Shown here piece after piece: positions 26,437 to 38,336 of a stretch of DNA of 64,000 nucleotides. How positions within the stretch are numbered: the first letter of the stretch is position 1; each line of letters begins with the position of its first letter. The stretch is taken from the NCBI RefSeq assembly GCF_004010195.1, contig NC_057718.1, positions 3,098,273 through 3,162,272 on the forward strand. Reading direction: 5' to 3'. The notes below the pieces were generated by a model. The model ran no database searches. It saw nothing but the letters and a program-made list of their open reading frames with translations, and was not told where the DNA came from. The DNA is from Chiloscyllium plagiosum. Taxonomy: Eukaryota. Made by a program: the position numbers and the translations under genes.

Positions 26437-26784
26437 AACCATTGGCTGATCCAGTCCTCATTCAGGATCCAGTGGTCAGCAAGGTAGCAGAGAGTGAAAC
26501 TGTTGAGTTTCAGTGTGCCATGTACAATGCCAGTGTGATTGACACTGATGTCCACTGGCACTACCAGCGACCTGGCAGCAACAGGGAGTGGGTGATAAGC
26601 CACTTTGTGAATGGCACCCTCACCAAGGCCCAGGGTTTCCACGACCGTGTTCTGCTTTCCAGGAATATCAGCAGGAATAGTTACATTCTGAGCCTTGTGA
26701 ATGTGACTCTCAATGATACTGCTGTGTACAGCTGCAGTGTGTGGAGCTACATCTATGGAGCAGGGAGCCAGCTCGTTGTAACTG
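26437..26784 (+). CDS. V4: membrane-proximal VJ Ig domain exon (116 codons)
   Basis: pyrimidine tract..gaacag| acceptor; VEFQC..DVHWHYQRPG..DTAVYSCSVWSYIYGAGSQLVVT; G|GTAAGT; open frame. Confidence 0.92.
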
Positions 26785-27356
26785 GTAAGTCAATGGGAGG
26801 GAACACTGGTGCGACCAGGGGAGGGAGGCATCCGGCTGCTGTGCTTCATCAGTGGAAGGGCAGAATGGTCATCAGGGGCAGGTATTCCCAAGACTGGATG
26901 GGGAGTGGCTTGGAGGGAAACTGGCAGAGGATGGTGTTCCCATGTATCTGCTGCCCTTGTCCTTTTAGATGGATGAGGCTGTGGGTTTGGAAGAATCTGT
27001 GTGTCTGTCTGAGGATCATTGATGAATTTCTGCAGTGTATCTTGTAGATAGGACACACTGTTGCTACTGAGTGTTGGTGCTAGAGGGAGTGACTTTTTGT
27101 AGCTGTGGTGCCAGTCAAATGGCTACTTTCTCCTGGGTGATGTTAAACTTCGTGAGTGTTGTTGGAGCTGCACTTAGACAGGGAAGTGGGGAATATTCCA
27201 TCACACTCTTGATTTGTCTCTTGTAGATTGTGGCCAGGCTTTGGAGAGTCAGGAGGGGAGTTACTATCCTGAGGAAATCAAAATTAATGTTGTTGACAAT
27301 CTTGGATATTGTTCAGACTGAAGTGACTGTGTGTGTGACATTCTGATATTTTATAG

Positions 27357-27507
27357 AAGAGTCTTCCCATGGTATTCCCCAGACTTCAGATCCCATTTTA
27401 ATCATTGGCACCATCCTGGGCTTCGCTGTCTTGATCTGCATTGTCCTGTTCACATTTTGCCTTTGGAAACAAAAGCTGTGCTCATCAGTAAAGGACTCCA
27501 CACAAGG
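27357..27507 (+). CDS. Stalk/transmembrane exon
   Basis: attttatag| phase-1 acceptor gives EESSHGIPQTSDP-ILIIGTILGFAVLICIVLFTFCLW-KQKLCSSVKDSTQG; donor GG|GTAAAT (alternative CA|GTAAAG after 27487). This reading frame is not in the ORF track. Confidence 0.82.
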
Positions 27508-27615
27508 GTAAATCTCATTTCATCTTGAGTTTGATTCTGTCACTGCACTGTTATTGTTTTTGACATTGGGGTGATTGTTTTTAGTGAGTGCTGATATTCC
27601 CACTGTAGTACACAG

Positions 27616-27629
27616 ATCCATTGTAAATG
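27616..27629 (+). CDS. Candidate 14-nt cytoplasmic micro-exon
   Basis: cacag|ATCCATTGTAAATG|gtgggt would convert phase 2 (TM exon) to phase 1 (terminal exon), giving STQGSIVNVYQKP; supported only by phase logic. Confidence 0.25.
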
Positions 27630-28691
27630 GTGGGTCAGTGACTGTCGATACCATCCCACATGTTCAGATGCCCAATCATTGCCAGTTTGCTCCATCTCTG
27701 GTATCATATGTCCTCCAGTGCCAGGCCAAAGCTACCTGCTGGTCACAGTCAGAAAGCTTCAAATGGGTCAAGAATTAGACATCACCTGCAGGATCCCCAG
27801 TAGGTACTGGATCATTACCCACAGAGCCCAGTGTCAGGGTCTGCCTTAGCGTTGAGGGCTCATTGACAGCACAGTGCCACCTGCTGGGATGACCAAGGGA
27901 GCACCAGACAACTTGATCCAACAGCTTGTGCTGCCCTTTCACTTCCACATTTCCCTGCCCTGTTCCCCTACACATTCAACCCCCTTTATCCTCACAGCCC
28001 TCTCCAATCAAATCCTGAATATTGACATTGATCCTCCACCTGCCATTAATCTGGAGTGACTCCCAGAGGCTCCCCATCCTCTCGATGAAGAGATTTCCCG
28101 AATGTCTCGACGCAATATCTTTCTGTTGCATTTTGTATACATGATCCCTTATTCTTCATCCTTTTGATAGTCTTTTCACTACTCGTTTATTGCCCCTTTA
28201 AAAAGTTTTAAATACTTTGATCATAGCCCTGTAGTCTGGACTCGTCTAATGATATAAGAACATTCTGAAGTCTTCTGTGGTGTTCTTACTTGCTAATACT
28301 GAGCATCATACCAATGAGTTGGTGCAGTTCTCATTCTCAATATCTTCTTGACCTTAGCCAGCTGAAAGTGCAGCAAGTTTCTTGAAGAAATCGCTCCCTT
28401 TCACAATTGGAAACAACAACAACTTGACAAGGTTTCCAAGCATGCTTTCTGGTTTTGGTCAATTTTTTTTTTGTGTGTTGTTCACACAAATTCTGTTTTT
28501 TTCAGAAAATGGTCCAAGTCTCTAGATTATCCTTTTTGTCTTTAAGCTGATGTCAAAAAATCTATGGTGAAAAGTGTAAAATCCATCAGCAGCGAGAGTT
28601 TGAAGATTAATGTGTTATTCTCTGGTATATGTGCAATGAATCTAATGTGTGGAGTTTATTTAGGAGCTCTTTTGAATATGCAACAGCAAAC

Positions 28692-28733
28692 CATAGAACA
28701 TAGAACATAGAACATAGAACATAGAACATAGAA
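28692..28733. repeat. (CATAGAA)n, CR1-tail type microsatellite
   Basis: About six tandem copies. Confidence 0.8.
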
Positions 28734-29481
28734 GAACGGGTCTTATTATTTAGGTTAGAGGAGGAGGGCGGGTGGGAGACACTACCTCTGTAGTGCCTCG
28801 GGTTCTTCTCCTGCGCGCCAGATCATTCATTATCTCAATATTTGGCAGGAATTACACCCTGTTCCAAATACCCATTTTACATGGTTAGATTCTTGATTTG
28901 ATTAATAAGCTGATAGTTAGTGCAGATCATTTATTTTATTAACACAATATACCATCATTGTCAGTCATATTCACAAAGTGAACTTAAGTTTATTCCACCA
29001 AAGTGAGAGGAAGAAACAAACCACATTGTGCACATATTTATTTCATTGAGAAGACCTTTCACACATGAGTTAGAACATTTTTTCATCCACTATACATTAC
29101 AGAATCATGTGTCTAGAGAACTTATACTTCAATTACAACTCTATTTTTCCATTGAACAAACTCCTGCTTTTTTCTGTTTTGGACTTGCAAAACAAATTCA
29201 TTTTTTTCCTCTGAATCCAACTGCATGAGCTATCACTGTTCTAATGACTCAACATTTTACATTGGAACAATCTAAAACTTTCTGTCCCAAATTCTCCATT
29301 TGGAAAAAATCACAAATTGGAAAAAACAGTATTGCTGTGGGTGATTGGTTTCTTCGCACTGAATACTCCAGCTGGGAGAGAAACTCAAACTTCATTCTGA
29401 ACTTTGTTCTTTTCAATTTAATATCGAGATATTTTGCATCTGAACTCAAAACAATATTAAAAGTGTCATGTATTTACACAG

Positions 29482-29549
29482 TTTATCAGAAACCAGAAGT
29501 AAATGCAACTTATTTCTATAATGCTCCAGAGGTGCTCCCAACTCCCTGA
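29482..29549 (+). CDS. Candidate terminal cytoplasmic exon
   Basis: gtatttacacag| then xYQKPEVNATYFYNAPEVLPTP-TGA; three Tyr; needs a phase-1 upstream donor. Confidence 0.45.
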
Positions 29550-30347
29550 TGGGAGTCACGTCTTCTTGGATTGACTCTGTTCTAGAATGACTTTCTGACT
29601 ATTTAAAATAATCTCAACAGCCCATGTTCATATGTCACCCTTCTTAAATCATTGCAAATTTCAAAAATGATACATTTACACATCATTCATCACAAAAAAA
29701 ATGGTAAAGTGGCGATGAGGAGAAATGTTTTCACTGGAGAGAGTTCCTGAGATCTGAAACACACTCCCTCAAAAGCTGTTAGAGGTTCATTCCACACAAA
29801 TGTGAAGAGGGGTTTGGACAGTCATTTGAGGGTGAGGAATGTAAGGGGTCACTGATAAAGGCAGGGCTGTTGGGTTAAGCACAATAACTCTTTAAAAGAT
29901 CTAATGTTGGTGTGATTGGCGGATGGTGCTCTCTCTGTGCTGAGTTTGTCTGATTGACATGATGAACGTTATAACAGAGAGCAGTGTCTAGGATTCACAC
30001 CAGCTACCTTCCTCTAAAACTGCCCAAAGTCACACTGGCATTTTCCCCTCATCATCTTTCCCAGCTTAAAGAGCTCGATCATGACTTGGCTCCATTCTGA
30101 AGAGGTTTCATTCTGCTTACTTTCAGATCGAACACGGATGTGGTAAGGAAATGGGACACCGCTGTTGGTTTTTGCTGCATTTTGAGAAACAGAAGCCACA
30201 TCCTGGAGGAACTTCAGTATCAACAGAACAATTGCAAATCATAACTTGTAACACACAGAAAGTATCTGTTGCACAACAGGCTCTGACTGAAAGCAATCAA
30301 AGAGAAATCAATCATTTCCGTCTTTTTAATCCAGACCATTTCGAACT

Positions 30348-30472
30348 CTGAGATTACTGGACACTTAGACCCTCCCAGACCCTGAGATTACTGGGCACTC
30401 AGACCCTTCCAGACCCTGGGATTACTGGGCACATCGACCCTCCCAGACCCCGAGATCACTGGGCACTCAGAC
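30348..30472 (+). repeat. 34-bp minisatellite, ~3.7 copies
   Basis: Unit ctgagattactgggcactcagaccctcccagacc. Confidence 0.85.
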
Positions 30473-33400
30473 AGCGCAGCAGCTCAGCATGGGGGTGGAA
30501 GGTGCAGGAGGCAGTGCAGTCTCTCACTGAGATTATTTGGAACACACTGTCCTCTGCTGCTCCCTCTAGCATTGTGCAGAACAACAGCAGGGACATTGTG
30601 GGAACAGTTTGAATTGCGAGTTTCTTCCTCAGCACTGGCTCTGGTTATTGGAATTCTCCAGTTAAGAGCCAGCACTGGGTCAATGGACAGCCCAGGCAGA
30701 GCTGAGCTTGACCAGGATGAGGCAAGTCATGCCTTAAACTGGAGACATTCATCACATTATTGGGATGAATAATGCTTGACAGTTTGATCATTAAAGTTGG
30801 AACATCCCCAGAATGTTGCCTAGGTCTCTAGTTTAATCGTCTCGTGATAATCCCACTCAGACATTGACTGCCCCTCAGTGTGATTGGCTTGGTTCCTGTT
30901 TTCATTATGTTTTAATCTTGCCTCGTTGTGCAGTTTGGGTTGGTTTTATTTTGCCAGCCTTTTCCAAATTGTTGCCCTCATTTTTGCCACACAGGAATAA
31001 AGGAGTAGGAGTGGACCATTCCTTCTTCTCTCCCTCTTATCCCTACTATCTCATCTTTGGTCTTTCTATTCCTTACACTCCATGTTTCCTCTCCTCTGTT
31101 TCCCTTCACTTTGTGTACTCCTTCCTTTCACTTGATGTCATCCCTCTCTAAGCATTTCCCCAAACTTCTGTCTCTCTGTACCCCTCACCCTCTCATTGTT
31201 TCATGCCCTTTCTATGGTGGCTATTCCCCCCCCCCAACCATCGCCCTCAATGTTTTCCTCAGAAGCTCTGTCTTGCTGGGGCTTTAATAGCTGACCATCC
31301 CATTGGTCTAAATGGCTGGGAGACAATCTCATTTCAGACCCTCACAGTGTATTGCCCTTGCCCTGGTGCCTCCCCCTGTCTTCACCATACCAGCTGCCTC
31401 TTTAGCATTGCTTTTCCAGAAGTTTCAATAACCAGGCCAAAAACCAGGACCACATGCTGAGCCTGATTGATGAAGCCCCAAGATCACCTGGGATCAACCT
31501 TGGGATCTGATTGGGATCCAGTCAATGCAGGAAAAAGAGGAAAACCAGATTGGGTCAGGACACAGGCTTCACTGTGAGCCTCAGGAATGTTGGAGCTGAT
31601 GGCAAGATTGGGGAGTTCAAGGGTCAATGGTTCCTCTGCCCCTGACGCTGCTTTACCAACCTTCCCACTTCTGATCCTATTGCCCATAGTCCAGAATGTT
31701 CCAGGCCTATGAAAGTGTAAATGGATGGGATGTGCTCTTGAGTAGCAGAGGCCTAGAGTGGGTCTCGATGCTGTGACTCAAGGACTGGAGCTGGAACACG
31801 GAGCTCTCTGTTCCTGCACATTCACATTAAACCTGATCCCAGCAGCCACTTCACTCCACTCTCGTAAACATGGAGGGGGGGTGGGTGGGGGGGGGGGGGG
31901 GGTAAACTGCAGGCAGCTGGCTCAGACAAGGTGTACAACTCAATGATGAGGTGAATTGGAGCCTGTGATCACAGACTATTTGAGAGCTCACCACAAGAGC
32001 ACTGCCGTGACTGTGGCTGCAGTTCCCTCTCCACTACTGCTCTGTAACACTTAGCCCCATAACCACTTTCAGGAACAACTCTCTGACTCTGAGCTGCTGG
32101 TGAGCACTCGATGCAGATCAGTAAACCATCAGGTGCATGCCTGCTCCTGAGGATACAGCTGCCTCCTAACCAGAGAACTGCCTGACAATCCTTTATATTC
32201 TTTACACGCTGCAAAAGTGTCATTTACTAAGAACATATAGTCTGTTTCTGAATTGTTAATGGCCCTGTTTTAACATCAGGATCTCTCAGGTCAATCCTCC
32301 CAGGGATTGGTGCCGATAAAACTAGCTTTCTGGAATTTACCCAAAATCACTCACAACTGCCTCTTGGATTGGTCCATGGACTAATGTTCATTTGGCAAAC
32401 TCTGAGTCAGGCTGTGACTCCACACAGTCAGATCTGGCAAGCAGCTCAACCTGAGTCCCATCACCAGTGAGTCTGCTTCTGTCCTCCCCAAGCATGCACC
32501 TCCCAGGATGTGACAATGGATAAAACAGGGGAATTAAAGAGAGCTCAGAATGATGAAAGATCGCTCAGGGGAATGAAAACAGAAACTATCAATATTGTGA
32601 TTGGGGTCACTTTGAGCAACATTGTGCAGTGAATGAAATTGAGAGTCTTTTTTGGTTTCACTCAAATCTACATCAACACCCAGTGCACTTTAAAAGAGAA
32701 ACACATTCTGAAATGTCTGTGTGGGTGCCATGGTGGGTTTCAAATCATCAAACCAGGTTTGTGTTGGTGTTTCCCTCTCCAGGATAATGGGAGATGGGAA
32801 TGGGTGAGAGCCACCTGTTGGATGGAGCTGCAGTTCATCTTGCAGCTGGATAGAACTTTAGATCAGTCACATTTGGAATACTGTGTAGAGATATAGTCGC
32901 TACACTACCAAAGGATGTGGAGGCATTGGTGAGAGTTTGTAGGTGCAGGACCTTAATTTCAGCTTCAGAAACACAGAGAGTATTGAAACTGATTGGATTG
33001 GGTTCAGAGGTCTGTGCTTTTATTATCTCACTCTGTAGATAAACGTAACACTGAGTAAAGGTCCACTGCAGTTTCCTCTTTGACCAATGGAGGGGGTGAG
33101 GGGAAAGGGGGCGTGTTTCTGAAATTGACCAGTGGGGCTTACTGGATATCTCGATTGAGGAGCTAGTATATCACAATAGGCCAAATGGCCACCTCCTGCT
33201 GCTGTATTATTTGATGGTTAAACTTGTTGTTTCTTTCTGTCTAGGACAGCTACTTGCCTCATTCTCACTTCTCTTAATTTCATCATTTGACTTCTCAGCC
33301 CCAGGGATGGAAACCATGGGGCACGGGCTTGACCCTGAACCCAAGCATTTTAGTCAAATTGGGATTGGAGCCCCAGCTGGCCTGAGGTGGGGGATGTGGA

Positions 33401-33672
33401 GGGCAAGGTAAGGGGTTTGCGGGGGGGGAAGAGAGTCTGTGGGAGGTGGGACAAAAGCGAAAGTATAATCAGTGGGGCATGTGCCATTGGGCACAGGAGA
33501 CTCCCAAAACAGGTCATCCACAACCCAGCCTCCATTAGGGTCTAGGAGAGAGGGCAATGTGTAGAACATCCAATGTATTTACTGTGTCCCACCCAACTTT
33601 AATTACAACAGAATGGCAGGGTGTTGTCCAACCCACCCCTCAGAAAAGAGGCACATTTGAAATAATTAGATG

Positions 33673-34398
33673 TGTTATGACATGTGGTAAACCCTTCTGC
33701 TAATTTAAACTAACAACACTGAAAAGATTCACCCCGTGCTGCAATCTGCTAAAATTGGACAGGCAAAGAATTATCCAAAAAGTCATTATTTAAAGTAAAA
33801 ATTAACAACTTTATTCTTTAAGTCCAACAGAGAATATTAAAACCAACATCTATTGACAACTCCTGTCTCTGAAACTGATCTTTTACATCCCACTCTATAA
33901 TACCAGTCCGCTAAAAAAATCTCAATTACGATTTATAAAAAAGTAATCATGTTTCAAAGCCAGTCAGCTTTGCTGAATCTCCTTTGTAGATTCCCTCAGG
34001 TCAGTTGTGATGTTCTGCTGCACAGACTTCTTCCACAGACAGGTACCTCTAAGAGAGCTCTTAAACTAGCAGTCGACATCTGTTGGTCTTTTCGTAGTTC
34101 TCTCTCAACTGTTCAAAAATGTCTGGTTTTATACCCCAAAACATCAGACCATTTCATTGTTTCAATATTACCAAAATACTAAGTTCAAACTTAATTGCAT
34201 TTTGGTATCTTTGGGCATGATTTAAACTGATTGGCTGAATTTGAATTTGTTTTTGTCTCATGGCAACCCATCTGCTGCTGTTTGTGTTGAACAAATGTTA
34301 CATTGCTACTTTTTTCAGAACACTTTGTATTGTGTCAGTCAGACATTGCTACCTTTTCAACTCTCTTAAAGGTACAGTACCTCTACACCCTCATAACA
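33673..34398 (-). mobile_element. Solo LTR
   Basis: TGTTATGA...TCATAACA inverted termini, flanks GATG/AATG (near 4-bp TSD), internal TATAAA and AATAAA on minus strand. Confidence 0.65.
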
Positions 34399-36087
34399 AA
34401 TGGTTTAAAGGTATAATGTAAGCACAGAAAGTTCCAGATGGACTCAGATAACCTGTGGCGGACATGTAAATTCGAGGGATCACTGATATTGTTCCCTCAA
34501 AGCCAGACCAAGAACACCTTTAGCTCCGTGTTCAGTCAGAGGATGGGTTGGTTCAGAGTCACTGAGTGACCTTTCCTTTGACCTGCGTTTTTTAAATCTG
34601 TCCTTGAGAGTGTTGATGTTGCTCTGATTAAACCTGCCTCATTGTAGTTAAATAAATTACTCACAGATTTTGGAGATGGTTTAAAATAAAGTCAATCCAA
34701 GATATTCATTGTGTGGAAAAGAGAGAGATTCATATACCATGTGAACATTGATAATTAAGAAAAAATACAATTGTTATTTTCAGTGAAAAATACAAACAAG
34801 AGGCTGGGTGTTATATAGTTACAGACACAGAACAATGTACAGCGACAATAACACTGTCCACTTGCAGAGATTGTGAGGAACTGTCACCCATTGCAGTGTG
34901 GACCATGTGATCTACAACACAACAGTTCCTTAAACATCCCAACAACACTCAAGATGCTTCACACCAACCAGAACAAAGCAGTTGCTTGATTGGAACCACA
35001 TTCACTCCCTACACCTCTGACCCTCAGTAACAGCAGGGTGTACCTTCCATAAGATGCACTGCAGAAATTCACCAAAGGTCCTTAGAGAGTACAACAATTT
35101 GATGAATATTTCTGTCACGATGGACAAGGGCAGCAAGTGCGTGAGAACACCATCCCCCGCAAGCTCCCCTCCAAGCCATTAAGAAAACAATAATAACAGT
35201 TAGCCCGAGCTTGTCAGGGAGAAAACATACCTTTCAACTCACTAAATAGAGTGAGTTTCCCTCTCCATTGTTGAAATGCCTAACAGGAAAAAGAAAAATG
35301 ATAAAACCTGTGATCTATAATGTGGACACAATGGATTATTTAGAATTATTTTACATTCTCACAATATTTACTGCTTATAGACATAAGGGATTTCTCTCCC
35401 TGGAACCAGATCCATGTTAGCAGCCTCCTTTGTTCATTAGTGTTGACTCAGTGGAATAACATTTGTTTTTGAGACTGGAGATTTTGGATTGAAAGCTGAG
35501 TCCTGAGATGTGATCGTACCATCCAAGCTGCTCCCTCAGTGCAGTACAGAAGCAGGGCAGCACTGTCAGCAGGACATGGACTCTGAGATCTCTCATCTAC
35601 ATGACCAAGAATCTTACCATTAGCCTTACACTCTTTATTCCTGCTGCTCCTTCCACAGTGAATCACCTCTCTTTTCAATGAGATGTCAAACTGAAGCCCT
35701 GTCTTCTTGTGCAGGCGGACAGATGATGTTTTTGGAAGAAATTTCTTTCCGCAAAGGGTTGTTAATCTGTGGCATTCTCTCTGCAAAAGAATTGACAATG
35801 TTCCATCAATGAGAACATTTCAAGTAGAAGTGGACAGACCCCTTGTCTCTCTGAGAAATTCCAGGATATGATGAAAAGCTGGGAAAGTGGAATTGGGACA
35901 GATTATCCATGAGGATTGTATTGAACAGTGGAGCAGCTTGGAGAAGCTGTCGGCTTTACACTTGCTCCTGTTTCTTGTGTTTCTATATTAGGAAGCAGCA
36001 TTGTTCTCCCAGTGACCTTGCTGTATTTAAATCAGTTCCTCTCTTTCTGATCAGAGCGACTGCACTTCAAAAACACTTCACTCATTA

Positions 36088-37560
36088 GAACATAGAACAT
36101 AAAACGTTACAGTGCTGTTTAGGCACTTTGGCCCTTGATGTTGTCCCAACCTGTGAAACTAATCTGAAGCCCATCTAACCTACATTATTCCATTTTCATC
36201 CATATGTTTATCCAATGACCATTTAAATGCTCTTTAAGTTGGTGAGTCTACTACTGTGGCAGGCAGGGCATTCCATGTGCTTATTAGTCTCTGAGTAAAG
36301 AAACTACCTCTGACATTTGTCCTATATCTATCACCCCTCAATTTAAAGCTATATCGCCTCATGCTACCCATCACCATGTGACGAAAAGGCACTCACTGTC
36401 ACATTAGCTAACCCTCTGATTATTATGTATGTCTCAATTAAGTCAGCTCTCAAGCTTCTCTCGAACAAAAACAGCCTCAAGTCTCTCAGACTTTCCTTAT
36501 AAGACCTTCCCTCCATATCAGACAACATCCTAGTAAATCTCTTTTGAACCCTTTCCAAAGCTTCCACATCCTTCCTATAATGAGGTGACCAGAACTGTAC
36601 ACAATACTCCAAGTGCGGCTGCACCAGAGTTTTGTATAGCTGCAGCATGACCTCATGGCTTGGAAACTCAATCGCTCGACCAATAAAAGCTAACACACCT
36701 TAACAGCCTATCAACCTGGGTGGCAACTTTCAGGGATCGATGTACATGGACACCGAGATCTCTCATCTACACGACTAAGAACCTTACCATTAGCCCAGTA
36801 CTCTTTATCCCTGTTGCTCCTTTCAAAGTGAATCATCTCACATTTTCCCACATTAAACTCCATTTGCCACCTCTCAACCCAGCTCTACAGCTCATCTATG
36901 TCCCTCTGTAACCTACAACATCCTTCAACACTATCCACAACTCTACCGACCTCAGTGACACCTGCAAATTTATTAACCCATCCTTCTATACCCTCTTCCA
37001 GGTCATTTGTAAAAATGACAAACAGCAGTGACACCAAAACAGATTCTTGCGGTACAACACGAGCAACTGAAATCCAGGATGAACATTTCCCATCAACCAC
37101 CACCTTCTGTCTTGTTTCTGATTGAAATCACTAAATCACCCTTAATACCATGCCTCCACATTTTGTGCAACAGTCTAAAAATGGGGATCCTTATCAAACG
37201 CCTTACTGAAATCCATATATACCACATCCGAATAGAGAGAAGAAAGGTTGAATAAACAAATTGTTGACTTAGGTAAAGACAAGTTCCTCCACATCTCAGT
37301 TTTAAAGGGCTGCCTGTCCATTCTGAAGCTGTGTCTTCGGGTCTGAGTCTCTCCTACCAGTGTAATCATCTTCTCCATGTCCATTCTATCCAGACCACTG
37401 AGTATCCTGTAAATTTCAATCGAATTCTGCATACCCTCCCATATCATTTCAAAGTCTATCGAATACAGACCCGGAGTCCTCAACCATTCCTCATATGACA
37501 AGCTCTTCGTCTTTGGGATTATTGTTGTAAACCTCTGGACCCACCTCCAAGGCCAGCACA
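36088..37560 (-). mobile_element. CR1 3' fragments
   Basis: HLEYCVQFWSPHYRKD, YMDFSKAFDK, catagaa tail. Confidence 0.8.
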
Positions 37561-38043
37561 TATTTCCTTAGAGTCACCTCACAGAAATAAACAACCAAAA
37601 AATCAATGGAAAAGAAAAACATTATCCATATTTGAAACACTTGTGGTTCTGAGAATTTAATCTCAACAGGGATGGTACTTCTCTGAGCTTCAAATCAACA
37701 AGCCAAGACGTTAAATTTTAACCAGACAGGTTGGTGGTTTAAAAAGGTATCCAGGAATGTCAATCAATGGGTCACTGCAGTGGTTAAAGAAGGCAGCTCA
37801 GTACCACCTTCTCAAGGGCAATTAATGGTGGGCAATAAATGCTGGCCCAGTCAGTGACACCCACATCTCACAAAACAATTAAATAAATTGCTGCACCTGA
37901 GCTCAGCTTCCTCCCCACAGAGAATCCATCCCCGAGATCACTCTCCATCACCTCCCCAATCTACTTGATGACAAACTGATCTCTAATTCATTCACAGGTG
38001 AGAGGTTATTGCTGGAGCACAGTGTCATGGAAACTCTACTTTC

Positions 38044-38336
38044 TGTTTACAATGATAAGGCTTCCTCTCCCGTAGACTCTGCAGTAATAGTCCCCAGTGT
38101 CATTGGGCTGCATGTTTGAGATGGCCAGAATGAAGCTGTTACAGGAGCTGTCTCTGAAAGGCTGGAATCACTCAGTAAGTCCTGGGCTCCATTGTATAAT
38201 GTTCCTCAAGTTATACTTTAAAATCCACTCTGTGTTATTCCCTGGTCTGCCCCGGTGGTGCACTGTAACTGGGCATTGTGACCCTCAGTGACATGTTCCA
38301 GGATCGGACACTGAAGAAGGATTGGACTGGTGATAT
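38044..38336 (-). pseudogene. psiV-C, V3-like
   Basis: ttttctttaaag| acceptor; ~40-nt deletion of CDR1 plus Trp, TGA stop, 12-nt CDR3/J deletion, donor mutated to GAAAGT; DTGDYYC retained. Confidence 0.88.

Noticed and set aside
13703-26784. A conventional rearranging TCR-gamma or IgL V array
   Set aside because: Each exon continues through a J-like strand to a GT donor, lacks a 3' RSS and its own leader, and the series ends in a TM exon rather than a C1 exon
12398-27507. Assigning the symbol NCR3/NKp30, CD8 or PDCD1
   Set aside because: Four domains, no TM arginine, no CD8 hinge or CxC motif, no ITIM/ITSM; identity cannot be fixed without a search
29244-29481. 5' part of the 101-aa ORF including CIYTVY as an ITIM
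   Set aside because: Probably intronic (acceptor at 29481) and Y+3 is not L/I/V
30348-30472. CRISPR-like array
   Set aside because: Eukaryotic context and no unique spacers; simple tandem repeat
33245-33407. Exon-like segment with good acceptor and AG|GTAAGG donor
   Set aside because: Translation resembles nothing recognisable and it lies beyond the probable stop codon
38018-38024. CACAGTG next to psiV-C
   Set aside because: Wrong orientation relative to the V, no nonamer, not present after other V exons
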